From Tubiluchus corallicola (lineage: Eukaryota; Animalia; Priapulida): a DNA stretch of 64,000 nucleotides. Shown piece by piece: positions 39,751-64,000 of the stretch. A program made the position numbers and the translations under genes. The notes under the pieces are model-generated. The model did no database searches and was not told where the DNA came from. It worked only from the letters and a program-made list of their open reading frames with translations. The stretch covers positions 1-64,000 of the forward strand of contig JAQGDQ010000107.1 in assembly GCA_030141605.1 (NCBI GenBank), written 5' to 3'. The first letter of the stretch is position 1; each line of letters starts with the position of its first letter.

Positions 39751-42700
39751 TCACGTCGCGATTCCCCAATAAGCATTACGGGATATCTTCAACAGGAAAG
39801 CCAATCACTTGGTAACACATTGACGGAATATTTACGACGAGTCTCACGTTGGACACTTAGGGCTAGGCTTGGTTAATGGTTATGCTCATTTGCGAATAAT
39901 TTTTAATTGAGTATTAACATTGTTAATTATTTTTAACGGTAAATTGCTGTAGTGATCAACTATTAATTTTACTAAGACTTACATATAATTATTTGCATGG
40001 AAGGTGAACATTTCTTTTATTTCATCGATTAGCACCTAAAAGATTTGCAGCAACTTGCACATAAATAGAAATTTAATGAAAAAAAATTAGAGTAGCATAA
40101 TACGAAAAAAATTTACAATACCTATACATTACGCACATAAACAGACACATAAAATGAGAGTAAATAAAGTAGAATGTTAACAAATTGCCACTTTTTCTGT
40201 AAAAAAAACAAATTGCATGGCCGCTTAACAAAAATCAAAACTACCTGTCAAATGAAAAACAATGTGGACAGCTAAGTAAGATAAATTACTCAAAATGACA
40301 CCGTACATTTAACAACCAAAAAGAAGGCAATGATTAAGGAACGTGTATGAAAGAAACAATGAAAGTGCATTTGATAAGTCACATCAGATTACAAGATTAG
40401 TGCATTTGATCAACACCAGCAACAAGAATTATTAGTGAATTTTTTCTCGTATTTTGATTATTAGACAATGAGCAGCATCAAATGCACTCAGCATGATACT
40501 GTATGAGTTCACTTTTTCATTTCACTACATTGTGAAACTCTGACAACTGATATCTATTTGTTATACATAATACAAAGCTGCAATTCACTGTAAATACTAA
40601 AGCATTAATTTTAACACGAGGTCCCCATGTGTCACTGTTCTTACTGTGGAGAGTGATCTTAAAAGGTTGTGTACATGAGTTTGACTTGACACGAGAAACA
40701 AAACAGATTCTAGCATATTATTGGCTGCATATTGTTTGCAAATTAAAGTTTTTATTAAGCAAAATACGAGTAGATTTATAATTTAATATTGTTAAACTGA
40801 GCAATTAGGTATGCAGTAATATAACTTTTGATCACTGACTTCCAGAAATGTTAGTGTGTGTGGCAATAAGCTATTATGATAAAAATATGTTGCTTCATGA
40901 TATCTATCATATACAACATTAGAATTGTACTGTAAAATACCCCCTTGCTCTTGCCAGGAATTTTAAACATATAAGGCATTGCATTTTCTGTTTTGAGTTC
41001 ATTTATTGTAACACAGAAATATAGTTAAAGTTTAAATAAACAAGAATAAAACAACAGCATGCACTAAACGTTTTATACAGTGTAATTGTTATTATCAGTA
41101 TCAACACAGCAAACACATAAAATTACAATTTACTGACATCATTTTAAAGTTGTGTGTTTTAGATTTAGACAAAGAAGAGATTTTAAGTTAAGTAGGAGAA
41201 AAATCTTAACATTTTAAAAAGACAACCATGTGTACTTCAGCTTTTTTATATTAACTCTACAATTTCACAGACTAATTCAGCATATGGCTCAACACCCATT
41301 GATATTCAGCAAATCATAGTTGTACAGGCACCTAGTCAAGCTGACATGCAAAAATGATTGCAAAGTAATCTGGAAGAGCTTCATAAAACTAAACATGGAA
41401 CAGATATTACTTAAGTAACTTTAGCTACTACTCTTTACTCCAGATTTGCCAAATAAAAACTAATCTTATATTGTTTTGGAATATAGGATTAAACTATCTG
41501 GAATAAACTATCTCAAATCTAGGCAGCTGAGGTTATCAGGCTTTTGATAATGAGAGATTTTTGCGATTAATTAACCACATTACTTATTTAATTAAAAGAA
41601 CAGTATAAGAAAGTGTCAAAATGGAAAGATAAACACTATGAAGCACTTATAATAACTGCGGTAAAATTCACACAAGAATAGCATCTACGAATTTTGAAGA
41701 GTACTTTAGTTCTATCAACATTCAAATTGCAAAAAATAAGCAAAAAATCTTGTATTTATTACACTGCGGATAGCCAGAACACATGACGTCTTTTGAAATG
41801 TAAAGTTTACGTAAAACGAAAAAAAATCACACAAATGGGATACTAACCAAACTCAGACATGAACCAACTATATACAAAATTTGATAGTAAAGATTAATTT
41901 TGACTGGGCAAGTTTGACAGCTTCACTAATTGATGTGTAAATTAATAAACTGTACAATTCCCACTTACATGTGGGAACTTTATATGTAACAACGAACTTT
42001 AGTATAAAAGTAAACAGGTAACCACAACGAAATGCAGATTAAAGGCAAGTAATGATAAATCAACAAATTTTACAATGTGTGAATAAACGGAACAAGTTTG
42101 GCTAAAAATAAGCTAGTACACCAATTGTTTCTTTTTATCAAAATATTCAAAGTATATACACAGGCATGAAATTACTGCTTTCATCTGCGATTTAAAGATG
42201 AAGTCTGGCAATATATTGTGCACTTAAGAAGTTAGCAAGAAAAACACTATGTATGACACTACTACTAAATACTAGTATTTAAATATCAAATTCCAAATAA
42301 CAAGCTGCAATATCAATGACACAATAGCTTGAAAGCAGATGGAAAACATGTATAAAATTCAAATGCTGAACATTTAATTCACATATACACGTCACACCAA
42401 AAAATGCATAGGTTAAAAATTATGTAATAAACAAATTCTGTTGCCTTAGTTACTTCACTATACTCACAATGGAAGACAGAAACCTAAACGGTAACGGCAC
42501 TGTGAGTGTAGTGTGTGAGTGCAACGTTCGAGTGTACTCGCTAAATTCCTGCAACAAGCCTGCAAGACCTTCTCTTACAGAAGACATCATACACGACCAG
42601 AATATTTATAAAATTTATAACGAAAATCAGAATCGAAAACAAGTTCATCAAAAATTTGAGAAATAAATAGAAATGCAAACAAGAGAACAATCCATTTATA

Positions 42701-44170
42701 TTTATATATTAAACAAGTTCAGTTTATAGATCTCTGGCCTCTCAATACCAATAATATATTATTCCAAAAATGATAAAAAGATTTCCACACGAGGCACACA
42801 TACATTGCTAGTAGCAACGAGAAAGCCTGGCACGCATATTGTGCACAGTTTCGCCTTGCATTGTGGAAGTTTTAATATATTAATTATACATTATATATTA
42901 TATTCATAAATATAATTAGAAAATTTACAATGGTAATGGTAATTCGTACTTTCATAGAAATGTTCTTTAACACCATATTCAAGCAACTTACGAAATAACT
43001 TGCTACCCACCTTCGCAGACATATATATATTGTTCACTCAAGTCCGTGACAACTGACATTTTACACCAGTATCACAAAGAATCCTTTAATAAACTGAAAG
43101 GCTTTATTAACATGCATGCATTTGCAAGAAATATTAACAATATCATGGAAATATTCCTTGTATACTGTTTTAGTTTTCCATGAATAAGTTAATAAGTAAG
43201 TTAAATACCCAAGTGATGATAAAAAAACAGTCACACCCCTTCGACAAAATGAGACGCTCCATCTTGGCCAGTCGAAAGAAATGAAGTAGCTCATTTTGAA
43301 GGGAACGGGGAAGGTGACACATGCGAATAGGTGAAAAATTACAATAAGAATACTTATAATAATAACTAATGATGAAATAGCAAATGAAGTTCAGTGGCTG
43401 ATCATACAGTTTCCAGATCACAAAATCAACCAATCACATTCAATGTCACAGCTCAATTGTCTAATATTTTACAAGTGACCTACTCTTGTAATGTCTGTCA
43501 AAATTAACTGACTAAAGACAGTTGCTATTAACAACTATTAATCAGAAATGCTGATTCAGCCTACATTCTGAAAAGGCACTTCTGACTGGCCATTGGCCAG
43601 TGGGCCACCCAATACCAGCCACTCACAAACTGTGTTACAAAACAAGTGCGAAATAATGAGGTAGCTGCACGCAAATATAAATAAATAAACTAAAAATTAC
43701 TAGATGTTAACAAGTTATACATAAAATGCTTTAGTTTGATGATGTGAATCAAAAGCCTTGTGCATTCAGCATGACGGACATGAATAAATTCAACAAGTTA
43801 AAACTATAGTGTTGTGAACACTGTACAAATAGTGAAAACTCAAAAACAACAACTGACTAATAACGTAATAACGTAGCAAAACAATAGCTTTTCTGAGACA
43901 AAAAACAGATCATAGTAACACAGTACGTGATGGCAGATGTAGCTTCATCACTGCTCGACCATACTTGGTAATGTTTCACGAGTGAATGCCACATCTGTTT
44001 TGTTTATTTCATTAATATTGTGAATGTGCATGTGTTGTTAAGTGTGACCAGAATGACGTGAAACGGAACTCAGAAATGAAAGTTTCTGCAACAAATAAAA
44101 ATAAAACAGATATTAATTGTAAAATGCATTTTGAATTTATAAACTAGCAGATCAGAAACAGTAAATCACA

Positions 44171-44180
44171 GAGAGTGAGT

Positions 44181-44211
<31 letters not shown>

Positions 44212-44275
44212 GAAGAGAGGGAGAGAGGAAGAGAGAGGGAGAAAAGGGAGAGAGGGAGGGAGGGAAAGAGGAGAA
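44171..44275. repeat. GA-rich microsatellite in the probable calcineurin 3' UTR
   Basis: (GA)n/GGA tract read directly. Confidence 0.9.
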
Positions 44276-44431
44276 AGTATAGTACTTTATAAGATTTATG
44301 TGTCATTGTACGTATTGGACTAAACACTCATTTCTTAAATTCAAAGAACTCAATTCAACTTAAGTAACTTCTTTGCCACCCTGGAGAAAAAAATTACGAC
44401 AAAAACAAAACAAAAAACAATGTACCTGATA

Positions 44432-58257
<13,826 letters not shown>

Positions 58258-60779
58258 CTGCAATACAGAAATGAAAATGTGTAAATAGCTAACTAAAGCA
58301 TCTGCTCTGAATACATAGTATCCAAATGGCAGGGTACATTTATGGAACTGCAAGTCATGGACATCCAAAGGTGGCCACTTTTGTATTTACTGGACTAACA
58401 TATACATATACACATACTTGACCAGAACTGATATGTATTTTCTGTATTTTTACAGTAAAATAAAAATTATATACATTAGAAAGCCTACACACTTTTTGAA
58501 GACAATCATTGGCAGAGAAAATAATCCTTTTGAAATCAGTCAAACGTTCAAGAAACAACAATTTTAAATAGTTTAGCCCTCTGCAAGCTGAGGTTTAAAA
58601 TTCAACACCTGACAATTGCGGCAGGACTAAAATTTAGTTTAATACAAAAAATAATCCTCCAGCTTAATAGCAAAGATACTCCAAGGTGAGATGTCTAATC
58701 AGAACAGGGGCTGGTATCAGGACTGGTTTCTTGGTGGATACACATCATAGCGATTATTTAGTTATATGCCTAGCTTATAAAAATAATAACAATAATAGTG
58801 ATACAGTTCAATGTTTACAATAATGATAATAACAAAATGAAAATGATGGTGGCAATGATTACATAATAAATACTTTGGAAACATTTTTAATGTATGCTTT
58901 CTTTAGCACCAGGGTATCTGCCTTCTCTCCGCTATTATTCCAAGATCTAGCAGCAACGCATTATATGCCAATTGCATAACTATGATTAACTTAATTATCC
59001 AACAAGGTATTAGCTTAACTGTATTGATTTCCAAGCCACTAGGGGAATTGCCTGAGTCAGCATTAGATATTAATGGATAGGCCACAGGTGTCAATAGAAT
59101 ACACTATAAATAGTTGAAAAAGCCCATAAGATCAACAGGAATATTGAAAACACTGTAGTTAACGTGCCTACATAACATAACTACATATAGGTTAATTCAA
59201 ATGATTTTTAAATTTTTATATAAACGAGTTTTTGAAACTTAACTGCAAATTCTTTATGTGTTGCAGCTGTCTTATATCTGTGTGTATTTCAATACTGCCT
59301 TTACACTTTACATTTATAGTAAATGTACATGTATATAAAAAAGTAATCTTGCTTTATTTGGCAAAAACACTAGCACTTGTCAAAGGCTAATTACATTATA
59401 ATTTTTCTGAAGACGTTGTATTATCCCAAACACGTTTTTTGCACAATTAAAACAGAATGGAGTGGCAAGACTGTACCAAAATTAACTAAATTTTTGTTTA
59501 TTTTGTGCACATAATAAATAAATTGACAACAATGCTGGCAGCACTGCACTTAACGCCGCAGCAATTTGTTGAAATACCAATAAAAATTGGTCAGCATCTT
59601 AATTTGTGAAAACTAAATACATCAACAAAACAAAACCAGAGACTTGGAACTTGTTTAATTTTCCTTAACGCCTTTATTTCAATATTATTTTAACGTTGAC
59701 GTCCTCGAACGTGGATTTTCTTCAAAGTTTTAGGAAACCATTTTCAATTCAAATAACAACTTAGATTTATTCCAAACTGCAACTTTTGTTTGGCCAGGAA
59801 TTCAGACACAGTTTAAAAATTACATTTTGGTAAATTCACAGTTCAAACATTTTGCTATAAACAAAGCCTGTAAGATAACGCAGATAACTATCTCGTACTA
59901 TCTTGTAAAAAACTTGTGCTACGAACCAAACAAGAAGCCACGGCATTAAGTTTTAACAACCCAGCACAGGTACAGATCAGACCTCGTTTTTTTGGTTACT
60001 GTTATCAGCTTTGTCTCGCATGCTATGGAGACTGGCAAATCAGCATCTCAGTGCTGAGGGTTCTATGTATTACTTACATTAGCAGCTATGACGTCACTGT
60101 GAATTAGACAAGGCTGGGCTTTGAAATAATAATGAGCTTACTGTGTGTATTGTGCTAAATATAGGCAATCGAATAATGATCACATTTTCATTACTGAGAA
60201 AAGCACGTGTCGCTAATTAATCCAACAGACATTAACAGCCCAATGGGATCTAATCACAAACAGCCGCTAAAATATCTACTCATAATCCGCAATTAATCCG
60301 AAAGGATTAGCTGCTCCATTTTTCCTGGCCATCAGCGCCTGCGATTGGTCGACATATCGATCAGCATTATTCCCGGGCAGCGATATCCATCAAGGATGCC
60401 AATATCGCTAACGTTGACTGACCTAGATCTGCGTGAGGGCAACAATTTTGCTTATTACTAGACTCACAAAGTACGCATGAATAAAAAACTGAAGAAACAA
60501 TGAAGTGAGGGAAAAGTAGGCAAAGCAAACTGAATGTGAAGCCAAAAAATTCTCCTTCCAGAGTAAACAATGGTCTACTCTAGCAGAAAGTAGTTTGCCT
60601 TTTCTGTTTTGTGGTCTTTCTGTTTTCCCTGGGTAAGTTTGGCAAAGCTAATAGTCAGCCAAGTTTGGACGAGATGGAGTGTACACAAATGCTGCACAGA
60701 CATGGATTACACTTGTAGGATAACTTTATATGATATAATCCAGAGAAAACACCTTAGGTAACACTTAAATAATACTTAT

Positions 60780-60952
60780 TTCCAAGGTGGTCCCAATCAA
60801 TAATAACCGCACGTAATTTCGATAAACCCGTGTGCTTGGCTGAAGAACCAGCGATACCATATTCTAAGTCTTTGGTATGACTCGATCGGAAGTTGAACCC
60901 GCGACCTCGCGAGTGAGAAGTGAGCACGATACCACTGAACTACGCCACCCGG
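60780..60952 (-). mobile_element. tRNA-derived SINE
   Basis: Minus strand ccgggtggcgtagttcagtggt (A box) ... gggttcaacttcc (B box), then gagtcataccaaagact body; the acceptor stem does not pair as in a true tRNA. Confidence 0.7.
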
Positions 60953-62891
60953 TAATAATTAAGATTATTACTTTCAAGACCCCCTCAATCTCACGTGTTA
61001 ATCAAACAAAAAAGTTTAACACCTAGGCTGACAACGCTTGGACAACGTCTAACGACAGCCTGACACACATTTGACTTTTTTTTCACTAATATAAAAGGAA
61101 GAGAAAGATCAATCGTCAATGCATTGCTACAAATTTCTTTCTAGTCCAATTGCGACTTTAGTTGGCGCCGTGCAATAAACACGAGTTTCATAAAAACGCT
61201 AAACCAGGTGTCTCTCATTCTCAACTTTGTTAAATTCTATGACTTCGCGAAAGCCGCCCAACAAAATATACTCACATGTTAAAAGAATTTCAAAATATGT
61301 ACACCCTTCCCTTTCGTTCAGTGAACATTATCTTACACGAAACACTCAAACACTGCAATCGGTCTTTCTCTTTCTAATAATGTGTTTATTTTTTCGGGGC
61401 GACCTCGTAGTTGCACAAATCGATTTTTTCAGGAAATTGTTTGCAACATTTTTACAAAATTTGCTTGGATTCTATCCGGGAAAATACCCACTGCGAGAAA
61501 GTGTAGCCACCCAGGAAACAAAATTCTGTCTGTTAACACCTACGTTGAATTTTCTTTACAGTAATGTCTAGAACTCTAACAGTCCGGTTCTTTACATTTC
61601 CGTTCTATGACTTTTGCGGAAAAAAGGGAAAAATCACCGTTCGTTTGACGCGTAAATAGTTCGGTCGTTGTTGAGAACATCGCGCCTTACATGTAACTCC
61701 AAAATACACAAGTGCAAATATTTTATACCTGGAGAGTTAATACGTGTATACACAGTAGTTAGATTTCACAGTGCAAAATAAGATGGAGGGCCCAGACTCC
61801 CTATTTTTCGAGAAATTAGACAAGCATTCGTTTAAACAAAGCAACTGAAACAAGGGTTTTCAGTTTACAACAATCATCTACTATTTCAGGAACTGGCGGT
61901 GAGAGTATAAAATTTAGTTAAAGATTAAGTCTTACTGAACTATCTGCAGTACTTATTTTAATTGCTAACCAATGGTGTGCTCGTGCACTTTTGCAAGATT
62001 AAAGAAGTTAACGCTACAATCTTACTATCTCTTGCTCTGAATTTAATTAAGGCTACCTGTAAAAACCTAACTTAAAACAATCATGCGCTCTAGGTTGGAA
62101 ACTACATGATGAGAAATATAAACCATAACAGCGATTATTTAATGAAGTTATTTCAGAGGCATGCTACTGCAGCGGATGCCATTTATGCCTAATAAGTAAA
62201 GTCAATGACAGACTACGCCAAGGTAAACATGTAGAAACCTCTATTTCAAAAGTATTAAGTTTCCAGCAAATGTACATACTTGTACATGGCTTAGCTCAGT
62301 TAGTTGAGCCAATCCAGTTGGACACTAAAGCAGCTTATTGAAGCAAACTACCTAACATAACATGGTTTAATCTGTTCAGCAAACGAATGCTGTGTAGTAG
62401 TGTTGGAAGCCACAGGACCTTGGAACTTCACTGCATGGGGAATTCAGAAACAGAAAGGCCCTTCAAGGGCAACGGTTCGTCAGCTTCTACGACAACAGTT
62501 CTTAATGCTTTGTGGTCCCAATTTCCCATATGCAATTATGAATCATTCATCCTTCTACACAGGTCTTACAACATTCTGCATACTCGAATTCCCAAAGCAC
62601 ACTAGGCCTAATGTACTTCAACTAATTTACAGAAGTACGACAATTTGTCTTACCAAAGCTTAACAACTAAAGCTTAGATCCTGTGCATTTTTTCAAGCAA
62701 AATAGCCTTTAAAAATAGGAAAATTAAAAGCTTGAAAGACAGCAAGAAAATAATTCGACGTGCATACCGCATTGAAAAGCGAAACGCAAAATAACTTCTG
62801 ATAATCTGAAATACGTAGATTTGAAATGAGATAGAAAATTAAACAGGAGACAGAAAGAGCGACAGATATGCGGTTAGACACAGACACAGAC

Positions 62892-63396
<505 letters not shown>

Positions 63397-64000
63397 CTAT
63401 TTATTAGGAGTGGATAGACTGGATTGTAGTTTACAGCAAGTTTACAACCCTACTACAAATACACGGAATGGTTTTTTGATCACATAAGATTTACACGGCT
63501 AAAGAGAATGTGTTGCCGCGGAATTCCCCAACATCAATATCCAGGGCAATACAGGTGTAAGTTACAGGTGAGTTAATGCACTTCCACCCAGGTAATCAGA
63601 GCAGAGAAATCAGCAGGCGGTTGCTAGGTACGCCATTCAAAAAGATGTAAAATTAAGAGGAGGGTGTGCTAAGTGAGGTTTATTTTTCTAAGGAAAGGTT
63701 GCAAAGGTTTTTTTGTAAAAACACCTCACAACTACGTTTATCCATTGTAATGCCACAAACAGCAAGTAATAAAAGATCAGCAGTTATAGCTTTAATCATC
63801 AATTTTGATTAAATAAATGATAAGTGTTTATGCATCGCGCACAAATAACGAGCAAATATTTTTACAGAATAGTGCAATATGTCTGCAACATTACACTTAC
63901 AATATAGGCTCATTCCAGAGAACCTATAAAAACGTATTACAAAATTTTCTTGTGTGTATCTGGCCTATGGGGAAATTTGTCACAATATTGCATGCACGCA

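Larger units (their letters stand above)
1..41049. repeat. Tandem segmental duplication array (about 14.4-15.8 kb unit) carrying PBLD
   Basis: 1-12827 aligns to 14390-27956 (initial offset 14389/14387). 29370-34670 aligns to 1-4490. 7021-8083 aligns to 39778-41049, with a shared end at aaataaacaagaataa (8083, 22508, 41049). Confidence 0.95.

Noticed and set aside
60866-60952. tRNA-like sequence
   Set aside because: Has A and B boxes but no proper cloverleaf and continues into a SINE body.

Overview
AT-rich animal (invertebrate-type) genomic DNA with spliced genes, all on the minus strand; it is not prokaryotic. Bases 1-41 kb hold a tandem array of a 7-coding-exon PBLD/PhzF-family gene with a period of about 14.4-15.8 kb. 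There are two complete copies (B 9738-18786 and C 24610-34579, 296 aa each) and the 5' four exons of a third (A, up to 4399). The two complete copies carry a Cys/Cys active-site pair (LCGH...EDPVCGS), and copy C has lost the conserved PhzF Glu. Bases 44.4-58.3 kb hold the 3' part of the calcineurin A catalytic subunit gene. It contains an apparently ancient duplicated, mutually exclusive exon encoding a second, divergent calmodulin-binding domain, plus candidate 3-, 6- and 9-nt microexons. The rest is introns and spacer with nested LINEs (RTE, CR1, L2/Crack-like), a THAP/P-element fragment, a solo LTR, several MITEs, a tRNA-derived SINE and mini/microsatellites. All exon models were built by hand from GT-AG boundaries, phase continuity and recalled homolog sequences; no database search was run.
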